Shown: positions 17,441-27,209 of the stretch, piece after piece
How positions within the stretch are numbered: position 1 is the stretch's first letter
Layout: every line of letters begins with the position of its first letter
NCBI GenBank assembly: GCA_964250345.1
Contig: CAXUFZ010000002.1
Location: 1 to 51,030, forward strand
Direction: 5' to 3'
Source of the DNA: an uncultured Rubrobacteraceae bacterium
GTDB taxonomy: Bacteria > Actinomycetota > Rubrobacteria > Rubrobacterales > Rubrobacteraceae
DNA: 51,030 nt
The notes under the pieces: generated by a model
The model's database searches: none
Told to the model about the DNA's origin: nothing
Seen by the model: the letters and a program-made list of their open reading frames with translations, nothing else
Translations under genes and position numbers: made by a program

Positions 17441-18145
17441 TTAGTCGGAGAGCTCCAGCAGGCCCATCTCCAGCGACCGGACGACGGCCTGGGTGCGGTC
17501 CGAGACGTCGAGCTTCTGGATGATGTGCTCGACGTGGTTCTTGACGGTGCCGACGCTGACGTAGAGCTCGGCGGCGATCTGGCGGTTCGTGTAGCCGAGC
17601 TTGAGCTTCTGCAACACCTCGCCCTCGCGGCGCGTGAGCGGCTGGACCGGCGGCCCCGAAGCCTTGCCGACCGGCCGGCGACCGTCCTGGCCGGCGGCCA
17701 TCCGCTTGAGCAGCCTGGCCGAGAGCTTCGGGTCGAGCGGCGACTCGCCGTCGCGCACCTGACGCACCGCGGAGACGACGTCCTCCTCGTCGGCGTCCTT
17801 GAGCACGTAGCCCGAGGCGCCGGCTTTGAGGGCTTCGAGGAGGTAGTCCGGGTTGTCGTGCATGGTGAGCATGAGGACGCTGATCTTGGGGTGCTTCCCC
17901 TTGAGCTCCCTGGTGGCCGTGAGCCCGTCCATCTCCGGCATCCTGACGTCCATCATCACGAGGTCAGGCAGGAGCCGCGAGCACTGGAGCAGGGCCTCCA
18001 GCCCGTTGCCCGCCTCGCCGACGACCTCGATGCCGGCGGCGTCCGAGAGCATGTACTTCAGGCTCTCCCGCGCCAACTCGTGGTCGTCCACGACGAGCGT
18101 CCTGATGGCGTCCTGTCCCCGCGTCGAAGCACTTTCGGCGCTCAA
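17441..18145 (-). CDS. NarL/LuxR-family response regulator
   Basis: VVDDH, PDLVMMDVRMPEMDG, GASGYVLK, LTRREGEVL..GYTNRQIAAELYVSVGTVKNHV HTH. Confidence 0.95.
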   Translation of the reverse strand: MSAESASTRGQDAIRTLVVDDHELARESLKYMLSDAAGIEVVGEAGNGLEALLQCSRLLPDLVMMDVRMPEMDGLTATRELKGKHPKISVLMLTMHDNPDYLLEALKAGASGYVLKDADEEDVVSAVRQVRDGESPLDPKLSARLLKRMAAGQDGRRPVGKASGPPVQPLTRREGEVLQKLKLGYTNRQIAAELYVSVGTVKNHVEHIIQKLDVSDRTQAVVRSLEMGLLELSD

Positions 18146-18180
18146 AGCCTATCTTCCTCCTTCGGTGTGTGGGCCGGCGG

Positions 18181-19215
18181 TCACGGGCGGATCGGGATCG
18201 TGGCGACGACGGCCGTGCCTTCGCGGGGCACACTCTGGACCTCCAGCGTCCCGCCGAGCATCCCGGCCCGTTCCCGCATCCCGGCGAGCCCGACCCGCGC
18301 GCCGGGGCCGCTGCCGGCCGATACCTCCCGCGGCTCGAAGCCCGCGCCCCAGTCCCTGACCTCTAGGCGGGCCTCGTCGCCGAGCCGGCGGATGTCTATC
18401 TTTACCCGCTTCGCGTTCGCGTGCTTCTGAAGGTTGGCTATGGATTCCTGGGCGATGCGGTAGAGCGTGATCTCGCACGCGTCGGGCAACCGCCCCTCCC
18501 CCACCCCGTCGAAGTACTCGACCTCGTACCCCTCCTCGCGCAGCTTCTCGACCTCCAAGGAGACCGCCGCCGAGAGCCCGAAGTCATCGAGCGCCGTGGG
18601 CCTCAGGTTGGCGATGATGCGCCTGGCATCGGTGACCGTCCGCCGCACGAGCTTGACGACCAGGTTGAGCTCGGCCCGCACCTCCTCGCGTTCTGGCGCG
18701 TTGCGCCGCGCGAAGGCCTGGAGGTGCTGGTGGGCCGCCGCCGCGACCTGCGCGAGCCCGTCGTGGACCTCGTAGGCGACCCTCCGGCGCTCCTCCTCCT
18801 GCGCCCCGAGCAGCTTCGCCAGAAGCTCCTGCAACCGCCGCTCGCTCTCCTCCAACTCCCGCTCCGTGCGCCTGCGGCCGGTGACGTCCAGCAGAACCCC
18901 CTGCCAGAAAGGCGGAAGACCCTCCCCGTCCTCGACCAGGACGGACTCGTCGCGCACACGCACGACCCGCCCGTCTTTGGAGAGGACGCGGTATTCCATC
19001 AGGAAAGGCTCGCCGGACGCGTCCTTGAGCGCGCGCTCCGCCCGCACCGCCTCCCGGTCGTCGGGATGGAGGATGCCCCGGCGGAACCCGGGTCCGGAGA
19101 GGTACTCCCGGCGGGTGTAGCCGAGCACGGCCTCCACGCCGGGGCTTACGAATGTCGTCGCGCGCTCTCCGTCGGCCCGCCGCGTGTACATGATGGTGGG
19201 CGTACCATCAACCAT
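18181..19215 (-). CDS. Cytoplasmic PAS-domain sensor histidine kinase (HisKA_3 type)
   Basis: PAS (FVSP..LGY..ILHPDDRE..EYR), EEERRRVAYEVHDGLAQ H-box, QESIAN.KHA, VRDWGAGF, VGLAGMRER; no TM segment. Confidence 0.92.
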   Translation of the reverse strand: MVDGTPTIMYTRRADGERATTFVSPGVEAVLGYTRREYLSGPGFRRGILHPDDREAVRAERALKDASGEPFLMEYRVLSKDGRVVRVRDESVLVEDGEGLPPFWQGVLLDVTGRRRTERELEESERRLQELLAKLLGAQEEERRRVAYEVHDGLAQVAAAAHQHLQAFARRNAPEREEVRAELNLVVKLVRRTVTDARRIIANLRPTALDDFGLSAAVSLEVEKLREEGYEVEYFDGVGEGRLPDACEITLYRIAQESIANLQKHANAKRVKIDIRRLGDEARLEVRDWGAGFEPREVSAGSGPGARVGLAGMRERAGMLGGTLEVQSVPREGTAVVATIPIRP

Positions 19216-19336
19216 GTCCTGGCGACCAGCCCCTTCGGTGCAAAGTTCGTCTCCCGTGCGTCGGTTTGCCGCGTCAGCCGGGATGATAGGTGGACCATGC
19301 CGGTGACCGCATGGTCCATTTGAGGGATCTTTGCGG

Positions 19337-21769
19337 CTAGGCGACCACCACGTTCACCCGCCGCCCCCGCCCTTCCCCGGGCTGGCGGAGCTCGCGCCCC
19401 TCGCCGCGCGGCCGGCCCCGCGCGCGCGCGCGCGCCTGACCCTTCGCCTCCTCCTCGGAGATCCCGGCCGGCACGGTCACCCGGTCGCGCAGCTTGCCGT
19501 TCACCTGGACGACCAGCGTGATCTCCTCCTCCGCAAGGAGCGCCTCGTCCCAGCCGGGCCACGCCTGCTCGTGCACGGAACCCTCCCCCCCCATCGCCGA
19601 CCACATCTCCTCCGCGTGGTGCGGCGCGAACGGCGCCAAGACCTGCACGAACGTCCTCAAAGCTTCGTCCCACTCGTCGCTGCCCACGGCGCCCCGCACG
19701 CCGAGCAAGTAATTCGTGTGTTCCATGAGCGCCGCGATCGACGTGTTGAACCGGAACGATTCGAGGTCGCCCGTGAGCTTCTTGACGAGCCGGTTCGTCC
19801 GGCGCGGGAGGGCCGTCGGGTCGGCCTCGGCCCCGGTAGACTCGCCGCCGGCCGCCAGCGAGAGCGCGCGCCGCAGGAACCTGGAGACGCCCTCGATGCC
19901 CTTGCTGTCCCACGGCCCGCCCTCGTTCCACGGCCCGACGAACATCAGGAAGCAGCGGAGCGCGTCCGAGCCGTAGCGGTCCACGAAGTCCTGCGGGTTC
20001 ACGACGTTGCCCCGGCTCTTGCTCATGCGATTGCCGTCCGGTCCCAGGATGATGCCCTGGTTGAAGAGCCGGACCATCGGCTCGTCGAAGTCCACGAGCC
20101 CGAGGTCGCGCATCACCTTCGTGAAGAAGCGCGTGTAGAGCAGGTGCATGACGGCGTGCTCGATCCCCCCGGTGTACTGGTCCACCGGCAGCCACCGCTC
20201 CCCACGCTCGGGGTCGAACGGCCCTTCGTCGTAGTGCGGCGAGAGGTAGCGGTACTGGTACCACGACGAGTCCATGAACGTGTCCATGGTGTCCGTCTCG
20301 CGCGTCGCCGGACCGCCGCACGTCGGGCACTCCGTGTTGTAGAAGTTCGGGTCACGCTTGAGCGGCGACTCGCCCGTCGGCATGAACTCGGCGTCCTCTG
20401 GAAGCCGGACCGGGAGGTCCTCCTCCGGGACGGGGACGGCGCCGTGCTCGGGGCAGTAGATGATCGGGATGGGCGTCCCCCAGTAGCGCTGGCGCGAGAT
20501 CAACCAATCGCGCAGACGATAGGTCACGGCGCGGCGGCCGGCGCCCTCCTTTTCGAGGTGCCCGATCATGCGCTCTTTTGCCTCGTCCACCCCGAGCCCG
20601 TCGAGGAACCCACTGTTGATGGCCGGACCTTCGCCCGTGTACGCCTTGCCATCGAAGCCTTCCGGCGGCTCGACCGTTCTAATTATCGGGAGGTCGTACT
20701 TCTCGGCGAACTCCCAGTCGCGCTCGTCCTGGCCGGGGACCGCCATGATGGCGCCCGTGCCGTAGCCCATGAGGACGTAGTCGGCCGCGTAAACGGGGAT
20801 CTTCTCGCCGTTGGCCGGGTCGGTGGCGTGGGCGCCGGTAAAGACGCCGGTCTTCTCGCGGGTGACGTCGGTGCGGTCGATCTCGCTCATCCGGGCGGCC
20901 TTCTCGACGTAGGCGTGGACCTCGTCGGCCCGCTCGGAAGTCGTGATCCTCTCTACCGCCGGGTGCTCGGGGCTCATCACGAAGAACGTAGCCCCGAAGA
21001 GAGTGTCGGGCCGCGTCGTAAAGACCTCTATCGGGCCGTAGCCCTCGACGTCGAACGCTATCTCGGCGCCCTCGGAGCGGCCGATCCAGTTCCGCTGCAG
21101 CGTCTCGACGCGCTCGGGCCAGTCTATCTTGGAGAAGTCGAGGAGCTCGTCGGCGTACTCCGTGATCCCGAACAGCCACTGCGCGAGGTTCTTCTTGATA
21201 ACCTGCGTTCCGCACCGCTCGCACCGGCGGTCGGGCCCGATGACCTGCTCCCTGGCGAGCGTCGTGTTGTCTTTGGGACACCAGTCCACGGGCGCCTCTT
21301 TGCGATACGCGAGCCCCTTCTCGAAGAACCGGAGAAAGAACCATTGGTTCCAGCGGTAGTACTCGGGCTTGCAGGTGACGACCTCTGAGGAGGTGTCGAA
21401 CATCGCCCCCATCTGCCTGAGCTGGCCGCGCATGTTCTCTATGTTGGACATGGTCCACTTGTACGGGTGGATGCCGCGGTTAATGGCCGCGTTCTCCGCC
21501 GGAAGCCCGAAGGCGTCGAACCCTATGGGGAAGAAGACCCGATACCCGTTCATCCGCATGAAGCGTGCCCGCGTGTCGGACGGCGTCATGGCGTACCAGT
21601 GCCCGACGTGCAGATCCCCGCTCGGGTAAGGGAGCATGGTGAGCGCATAGTGCTTGGGCTTACCCGGGTCCTCGTCCGTCTCGTAGAGCCCGCCCTCGGC
21701 CCACCGCTCCTGCCAGCGATGCTCCAGGGCGGTCGGATCGTAGGTTTTCCTCGGTCTAGTCTCGCCCAC
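19337..21769 (-). CDS. leuS: Leucine--tRNA ligase
   Basis: MLPYPSGDLHVGH (HIGH), TTRPDTLFG, GTGAIMAVP, RMSKSRGN (KMSKS); last ~30 aa look corrupted. Confidence 0.97.
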   Translation of the reverse strand: MGETRPRKTYDPTALEHRWQERWAEGGLYETDEDPGKPKHYALTMLPYPSGDLHVGHWYAMTPSDTRARFMRMNGYRVFFPIGFDAFGLPAENAAINRGIHPYKWTMSNIENMRGQLRQMGAMFDTSSEVVTCKPEYYRWNQWFFLRFFEKGLAYRKEAPVDWCPKDNTTLAREQVIGPDRRCERCGTQVIKKNLAQWLFGITEYADELLDFSKIDWPERVETLQRNWIGRSEGAEIAFDVEGYGPIEVFTTRPDTLFGATFFVMSPEHPAVERITTSERADEVHAYVEKAARMSEIDRTDVTREKTGVFTGAHATDPANGEKIPVYAADYVLMGYGTGAIMAVPGQDERDWEFAEKYDLPIIRTVEPPEGFDGKAYTGEGPAINSGFLDGLGVDEAKERMIGHLEKEGAGRRAVTYRLRDWLISRQRYWGTPIPIIYCPEHGAVPVPEEDLPVRLPEDAEFMPTGESPLKRDPNFYNTECPTCGGPATRETDTMDTFMDSSWYQYRYLSPHYDEGPFDPERGERWLPVDQYTGGIEHAVMHLLYTRFFTKVMRDLGLVDFDEPMVRLFNQGIILGPDGNRMSKSRGNVVNPQDFVDRYGSDALRCFLMFVGPWNEGGPWDSKGIEGVSRFLRRALSLAAGGESTGAEADPTALPRRTNRLVKKLTGDLESFRFNTSIAALMEHTNYLLGVRGAVGSDEWDEALRTFVQVLAPFAPHHAEEMWSAMGGEGSVHEQAWPGWDEALLAEEEITLVVQVNGKLRDRVTVPAGISEEEAKGQARARARGRPRGEGRELRQPGEGRGRRVNVVVA

Positions 21770-21891
21770 GAGAGACTCCTTCTGCGATGGGATTGGTTCA
21801 GAGGGTGAAAAAAGCGCGGACGGCTATAGTCGAGGACCGACGAGAACCTTTGTATATCCGGCATACATGCTCCTAATATAACACCGGCCGG

Positions 21892-22587
21892 CTACGCGAG
21901 AAAGAGCGCCAGGAGGGCCGCGACCAGCGTACACACGACGTTGGTAGCCTCGTTGCCGACCCACGGAAGCCGCGCCCCGACGAGGCTGTCAGCGACGGTC
22001 CCGAGAAAGGCCGCGACCGCGACGAGCGTGGCACCCGCCGGGCTCCCGACGAGGCCGAAGGCCCACCCGAGCGCGGCCGTCAGGACCGCCGCCGAGATCC
22101 CGGCGAGCGTGCCCGGCAGGGAGACGGCCCCGTCGGTGCCGGGCGGAACTTTTCGGAGGCTCGTGATCAGCCGCGGCGGGCGCCGCGACAACTGTCCCAC
22201 CTCGGACTCGGCGGTGTCGGCGAAGGCCGCCCCGGCGGCGGCGACGTAGGCGGCGGAGAAGGCGTCCGAGACGTCCAGCGCGTAGAGCATGGCGCAGAGG
22301 ACAGCGACGCCGGCGTTGGCGAGGGCGTTCCTCGCGCCGCGCCGACCGCCGCGCCCCTGGGCGCCGCCGGAGCGATGCTTCCTCTCGTAGCCGAGCCGGG
22401 TGAGGGCGGACCCGCCGACCACGAACAGGACTAGGAGCGCGAAACCTTCCGGCCCGAGCCACAGGTAGACGGGCGTCCCGATGACGAGTCCGCCCGCCGC
22501 CCCCCGCGCGCTGGTCATGCCGAGGACGAAGGCCAGGGCCGCGCAGGCGGCGGTGAGGAGCAGGGCGACGGGGAGTTGCGCGGCCAA
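21892..22587 (-). CDS. DUF92/TMEM19-family integral membrane protein
   Basis: RGARNALAN, ADTAESEVG, VPPGTDGAVSLPGT, DSLVGA motifs. Confidence 0.85.
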   Translation of the reverse strand: MAAQLPVALLLTAACAALAFVLGMTSARGAAGGLVIGTPVYLWLGPEGFALLVLFVVGGSALTRLGYERKHRSGGAQGRGGRRGARNALANAGVAVLCAMLYALDVSDAFSAAYVAAAGAAFADTAESEVGQLSRRPPRLITSLRKVPPGTDGAVSLPGTLAGISAAVLTAALGWAFGLVGSPAGATLVAVAAFLGTVADSLVGARLPWVGNEATNVVCTLVAALLALFLA

Positions 22588-22594
22588 GCGCCCC

Positions 22595-23044
22595 CTAGAC
22601 GCCGCCGAGGCGTTCGAGGAGCCGGCGGGCGTAACGCTCGCACTCGACGGGCGCGGCGTGCAGCAGCGCGGGCTCCACCAGGCCGGCCTTGACGCCGGAG
22701 CCGGTCAGCCGCTCGACGCCCTGGTAAAGGAGGGAGCCAGCGAGGGGACTCGGCCGGTCCGGGACGGCGACGACGAGGCCGTAGAGCGCGCCGTCCGTCC
22801 CGCCCACGGCGGCGACGGCGTCTATGCCGTCCGGGCGGTCCTGCCCGACGGCGAAGACGTGGACGCGCCGCTTCTCCGGGTTCTGGACGAGGTCCATCTC
22901 GCGCAGGCTCTTCCAGAGGGCGGTGACGCTCGTGTTGCCGGCATCGAGCGCCGCGCGGGAGAGGCCGGACCACACGTCGCCCGCCACCCTGCGGGCCAGC
23001 AGGCTGTCGTAATCCACAAAGATGCCTACCGAGGCGTCCGACAC
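22595..23044 (-). CDS. Hypothetical protein (probably leaderless)
   Basis: Plausible codon usage; extended -10 TGCTAACAT 7 nt before the GTG. Confidence 0.6.
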   Translation of the reverse strand: MSDASVGIFVDYDSLLARRVAGDVWSGLSRAALDAGNTSVTALWKSLREMDLVQNPEKRRVHVFAVGQDRPDGIDAVAAVGGTDGALYGLVVAVPDRPSPLAGSLLYQGVERLTGSGVKAGLVEPALLHAAPVECERYARRLLERLGGV

Positions 23045-23070
23045 GCCCCGGATGTTAGCAGAAGCGCCCG

Positions 23071-23406
23071 CTACCCCTCCCCCGCCTCCCGCTTCTCCAA
23101 ACGCCGCAAGAAGACGTCTATCTCCTTGACGGTCTGGAGATCCCCGTTCTCCAGGGCGACCTCCCTGCCACGGTCGAAGACCCTACGGGCCTCCGCATTC
23201 TCCCCGAGCTCGTAGTGGGCGCGGCCGAGCGTCCGGTAGGCGACGGAGTAGTCGGGCTTCTGCTCGATGGCGCGGCGCAGGTGGTCCCTGGCGCCGGCGT
23301 GGTCACCCTCTTTGAAGAGCTCGTTGCCCAGGGAGTAGAGGACCATCGGGTTGTCCGGGTCCCTCCCGAGCAGCTTGCGGAACATCTCGGATCTCGGACC
23401 CTGCAC
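23071..23406 (-). CDS. Tetratricopeptide repeat protein
   Basis: DPDNPMVLYSLGNEL, KPDYSVAYRTLGRAHYELG TPR pattern. Confidence 0.85.
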   Translation of the reverse strand: MQGPRSEMFRKLLGRDPDNPMVLYSLGNELFKEGDHAGARDHLRRAIEQKPDYSVAYRTLGRAHYELGENAEARRVFDRGREVALENGDLQTVKEIDVFLRRLEKREAGEG

Positions 23407-23412
23407 GTCGCC

Positions 23413-24606
23413 CTATGTGTAGGGTTCGACCCGGTCGTCTTTTGCCAGGCGCCGGTAAGCCTCGGCTACGGCGAGGACGTCTTTGACGTACCAGTCGGCG
23501 TGGTTGTACGAGAATAGGGCCGCGTACCAATCTTTGGGGGCTCCGCCGGCCTTGAGGTATCCGGCGGCGGCCGGTATGGCGTCCCGCGGGTCCATGACGT
23601 TGGCCTCGCCGTCGCCGTTGCCGTCTACGCCCGACGTCTCCCAGGTGGACGGGATGAACTGCATCGGCCCCATCGCGCCCGCGCTCGACGGGCCCATGTT
23701 CTCGCCGTGGTTTGACTCGACCTGCCCCACCGCCGCGAGCACGTACCAGTCGCGGCCGAAGCCGTACTGCTTCGCCGACTCCTTGTAGAGCTCCATGTAC
23801 CGCTTCTTCGGGATCGGCCCGACCTCCCGCGCCACGATCCCCGAGCCGGCGAGGTCGCGTTGCCCGCCCACGTACCCCCCGCCGCTGGCCGCCCTGCTCC
23901 TGAGGATGCGCTCCCTCTCGGCCGCCTCGAGCTCGCGGAGCCGGTCGGCGCTCCGGTCGCGGTCGGTCCTCAGCCCGGCTATGGATTCGTCGAGCGCCCG
24001 CTCCCGGCGGCGCAACTCCTCGGCGCTCGCCTCCCTCTGCCTGATGGCTTCGCCGTAGTCCCTCTCTTTCTGGGAGATCTGAAGCAGCGTCTGCCCGAGC
24101 GCCTGCCGGGACCTCTCGTACGCCTCCAGCTCCTGCCGGCCGTCGACGAGGACTCGCGCGATCCCCGGGTCCACGGACCCCGCCACGCTGCCAGAACCCA
24201 TCCACCGGCCGAACAGGGCGGCCAAGCCTTCGAGGTCGTCCCCCTCGTAGGCGGCCCTGGCCCGCTCCTCGTACCGCGCCTTCGCGTCCCCGAGGGCCTC
24301 TCGCTGCGTGGAGATCTCGCGCTCCAACTCCCGCCTCTGCCGGCCAAGATCGTCGGCCCGCGCCCTCGACCCGTCCAGGCTCGACTGCGCCTCCCGCAGA
24401 TCCTTGCCGATGGCCGAGATCTCGCCGATCTTCTGGCGCAGAGCCTCGTCCTGCCGCTCGACGCGCCGTTCTAATGAAGGTATCCCCGACGCATCCGTTT
24501 CAGCATTTGCGTACTGCCCACCGGCCGCGCCCTGAGCCCCCGCCAGACCGGCCGGCAGAACCAACAAGACCCCACTCAGAAAGAGCCAGACCCAAGCTCG
24601 CCCCAC
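23413..24606 (-). CDS. Secreted coiled-coil lytic transglycosylase (SLT/MltB-like domain)
   Basis: Signal peptide, long coiled coil, LAAVGQVES (catalytic Glu), GAMGPMQFIPSTW, ALFSYNHA; GTG 24606 fits the GGAGGA RBS. Confidence 0.85.
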   Translation of the reverse strand: MGRAWVWLFLSGVLLVLPAGLAGAQGAAGGQYANAETDASGIPSLERRVERQDEALRQKIGEISAIGKDLREAQSSLDGSRARADDLGRQRRELEREISTQREALGDAKARYEERARAAYEGDDLEGLAALFGRWMGSGSVAGSVDPGIARVLVDGRQELEAYERSRQALGQTLLQISQKERDYGEAIRQREASAEELRRRERALDESIAGLRTDRDRSADRLRELEAAERERILRSRAASGGGYVGGQRDLAGSGIVAREVGPIPKKRYMELYKESAKQYGFGRDWYVLAAVGQVESNHGENMGPSSAGAMGPMQFIPSTWETSGVDGNGDGEANVMDPRDAIPAAAGYLKAGGAPKDWYAALFSYNHADWYVKDVLAVAEAYRRLAKDDRVEPYT

Positions 24607-24719
24607 CAGCACTCCTCCCCCGACGACCGGAAACGCCGACAGTGTATAACACCGCCCGGACGCGCGAAAGACGACACACCTTTATGTAGCAAATGTGTTT
24701 TGTAGCAGTAGTTAAATTC

Positions 24720-25583
24720 TCAGGCGTTTTCGCGGGAGGTGAGGAGGGAGACCAGGGCTTCGAGTTCTTCGTGTTCGCTGAACCGGATCTCGACCTTCCC
24801 CCCGCGTCGGAAGGACTTGACCCGCACCGGCAGCTCGATGGCTTCGCGGATGATCCTGGAGGCCTCGTCGAACGCGGCGGGCGTCTCCGGGCGGTCGTTC
24901 GGCGTCGGACCGGCATCCGTGCCCCCGACCGGCCGCTCCCTGACCAGTTCTTCAGTCTTTCTGACGGAGAGCTTCTCCGCGTGGACGCGGCGGGCGAGCG
25001 CGACCATCTCCTGCTCGTCCTGCAGCCCCAGCAGCGCCCTGGCGTGCCCTTCGGAGAGGCGTCCGGCGGTCAGCATCTCCCGGATGGGTTCGGGGAGGAG
25101 CGCCAGCCGCAGCGTGTTGGTCACGGCGGCCCGGCTCTTGCCCAGCCTGCGGGCGAGCTCGTCTTTGGTGAGGCCGAAACCGTCCATGAGCGCCTGGTAG
25201 GCGGCGGCGGTCTCGAGCGGACTCAGGTTCTCACGTTGCAGGTTCTCCACGAGCGCGAGCTCCATGGACTCGTTATCGCCGGCTTGGCGGATGAGCACGG
25301 GGACCCGTTCGAGGCCCGCCTCCTTCGCGGCCCGGAGCCGACGTTCGCCCGCGATCAGCTCGAAGCCGCCGGGGGCGGAGCGGACGACGAGCGGCTGCAA
25401 TACCCCGACCTCGCGGATGGAGGCCGCCAACTCCTCTATGCCGGCCTGCGGAAAGCTCTGCCGGGGCTGCCGGGCGTTTGGCCGGATCGCCGTCACCGGC
25501 AACTCCTCGAATTTCAGACCGCCGACGCTCTCCCCGGTCGCTATCAGGGCGGAGAGCCCCCGCCCCAGCCCCCTCTTACCCAC
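24720..25583 (-). CDS. parB: Chromosome partitioning protein ParB
   Basis: GLGRGLSAL, QPRQSF, IAGERRLRAA, ENLQRENL, HTH KSRAAVTNTLRL. Confidence 0.96.
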   Translation of the reverse strand: MGKRGLGRGLSALIATGESVGGLKFEELPVTAIRPNARQPRQSFPQAGIEELAASIREVGVLQPLVVRSAPGGFELIAGERRLRAAKEAGLERVPVLIRQAGDNESMELALVENLQRENLSPLETAAAYQALMDGFGLTKDELARRLGKSRAAVTNTLRLALLPEPIREMLTAGRLSEGHARALLGLQDEQEMVALARRVHAEKLSVRKTEELVRERPVGGTDAGPTPNDRPETPAAFDEASRIIREAIELPVRVKSFRRGGKVEIRFSEHEELEALVSLLTSRENA

Positions 25584-26337
25584 GGGCCATCACCTCCGCG
25601 GCCACGGCCGAGTACGCCTCTGCCCCGGTGCTCTTCGGCGCGTACAACGCTACCGGCATCCCGAAGCTCGGGGCCTCGCTCAACCGGACGTTCCGTGGCA
25701 CGATGGTGTGGAAGACCCGGTCACCGAAGAAGGACCTGACCTCTTCTGCCACCTGATGTGCGAGGTTGGTACGTGGGTCGAACATCGTCAGCAGGACGCC
25801 CCCGATCCTCAGCCCCGGGTTCAACTCCTCCCTCACCATCCGAATGCTCTGCATAAGCTGCGTCAACCCTTCGAGCGCGTAGTACTCGCACTGTATTGGT
25901 ATGAGTACCTCATCCGCCGCGGTCAAAGCGTTGAGCGTGAGCAGATCCAGCGAAGGCGGACAGTCGAGGAGGACTCGGTCATAGGCTTCTGACGGCAGTT
26001 TCTCCAGCGCCCGCTTCAGCTTGAATTCCCGCGCCAGACTCGACACGAGCTCGACCTCAGCCCCCACGAGGTTGATCGTGGACGGCGCCACGAGGAGGCC
26101 GTCTACCTCGGTCTGGAGGGCGACGTCTTGTAACGGCTTGCCTTCCAGCAGAACGTCGTACATGCAACCGTTGGAATCCGGTGAGACGCCGAGGCCGCTG
26201 GTCGCGTTGCCCTGCGGGTCCATGTCCGCCACCAGGACTCTTTCACCTTTGTCCGCGAGGTAGGCCGCGAGGTTTATGGCGGTGGTGCTCTTGCCCACCC
26301 CACCCTTCTGATTCACTATCGCGACAACGGTCTTCAC
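25576..26337 (-). CDS. parA: ParA/Soj family ATPase (leaderless)
   Basis: NQKGGVGKST, DMDPQGNATS, DCPPSL, QCEYYALEG, IVPRNVRLSEAPSFG. Confidence 0.96.
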   Translation of the reverse strand: MKTVVAIVNQKGGVGKSTTAINLAAYLADKGERVLVADMDPQGNATSGLGVSPDSNGCMYDVLLEGKPLQDVALQTEVDGLLVAPSTINLVGAEVELVSSLAREFKLKRALEKLPSEAYDRVLLDCPPSLDLLTLNALTAADEVLIPIQCEYYALEGLTQLMQSIRMVREELNPGLRIGGVLLTMFDPRTNLAHQVAEEVRSFFGDRVFHTIVPRNVRLSEAPSFGMPVALYAPKSTGAEAYSAVAAEVMARG

Positions 26338-26371
26338 CGCTCGAATCTTAGCACGGCGCTTCGACGGGTTT

Positions 26372-27100
26372 CTATCTGCTCCCGAGCGGGCTCTTTGCCG
26401 GGGTGCCGGGCTTTCTGGGGTAACTATCCGGCGTCGGACGCACCTTCTCCAGGACGATCAAGCGGCGCTCTTTGTCGCCGATCTCCGGCAGAATGGGGAC
26501 TTTGGTCACCTCTCGCACCTCCGCCCCAAGCAACTCCGCCGCCTTCCTGCCCTCCTCCATCTCCTCTGACCCAGGATGCCCTTTCATGGAGATCACGTGC
26601 CCCCCAACCCTGAGCAGCGGCACGCAATACTCGGCCACAACCGAAATCCGGGCCACTGCCCGCGCGGTGCAGAGATCGTAGCGAGCCCGGCGCGCCTCCC
26701 CCCGGCCCGCCTCTTCGACCCGCGCCCCGACAACCTCGATCCCTTCGAGCCGAAGTCCCCCCACGGTCGACCGCAAAAAGTCCGCCTTCTTGCCCGTTGA
26801 TTCAAAGAGCGTGAGGCGCGCCGCGGGCAGCACGATTTTCAGTGGTACTCCGGGTAACCCGCCCCCGGACCCAACATCCGCGATATCGGAAGCATTGCGT
26901 GCTGGCGCGAACAGCAGGCAACTAAGCGAATCAAGCACGTGGTCCAGAAGCACGCGGTCGTAATCCTTTGTGCCGATGACGTTGGCCCGCGTGTAACCAG
27001 TCAACATCCGGGCGAAAGCCGCTAGATCTTCGATCTCCCGTGCCCCCACGGCCACACCCCAAGCTGACAACTGTGCCCTGAAAAGATCGAGCGGTGTCAT
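26372..27100 (-). CDS. rsmG: 16S rRNA m7G527 methyltransferase
   Basis: HVLDSL, ADVGSGGGLPGVPL, TARAVA, YPRKPGTP. Confidence 0.94.
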   Translation of the reverse strand: MTPLDLFRAQLSAWGVAVGAREIEDLAAFARMLTGYTRANVIGTKDYDRVLLDHVLDSLSCLLFAPARNASDIADVGSGGGLPGVPLKIVLPAARLTLFESTGKKADFLRSTVGGLRLEGIEVVGARVEEAGRGEARRARYDLCTARAVARISVVAEYCVPLLRVGGHVISMKGHPGSEEMEEGRKAAELLGAEVREVTKVPILPEIGDKERRLIVLEKVRPTPDSYPRKPGTPAKSPLGSR

Positions 27101-27105
27101 AGCCC

Positions 27106-27121
27106 GGTTTCACGTGAAACA
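27106..27121. promoter_or_regulatory. parS centromere site 1
   Basis: GGTTTCACGTGAAACA; core GTTTCACGTGAAAC matches the parS consensus. Confidence 0.92.
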
Positions 27122-27193
27122 AGTAGCCACGACAAATGTGTGCAAAAACAATTATTTGTCGCGACCTGAGCTTCTCCGAGGGTGGTTACGGAT

Positions 27194-27209
27194 CGTTTCA
27201 CGTGAAACG
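27194..27209. promoter_or_regulatory. parS centromere site 2
   Basis: Perfect palindrome CGTTTCACGTGAAACG. Confidence 0.92.

Noticed and set aside
21770-21890. T-box riboswitch before leuS
   Set aside because: The leader is only about 100 nt and lacks the GGTGGNACCGCG T-box sequence
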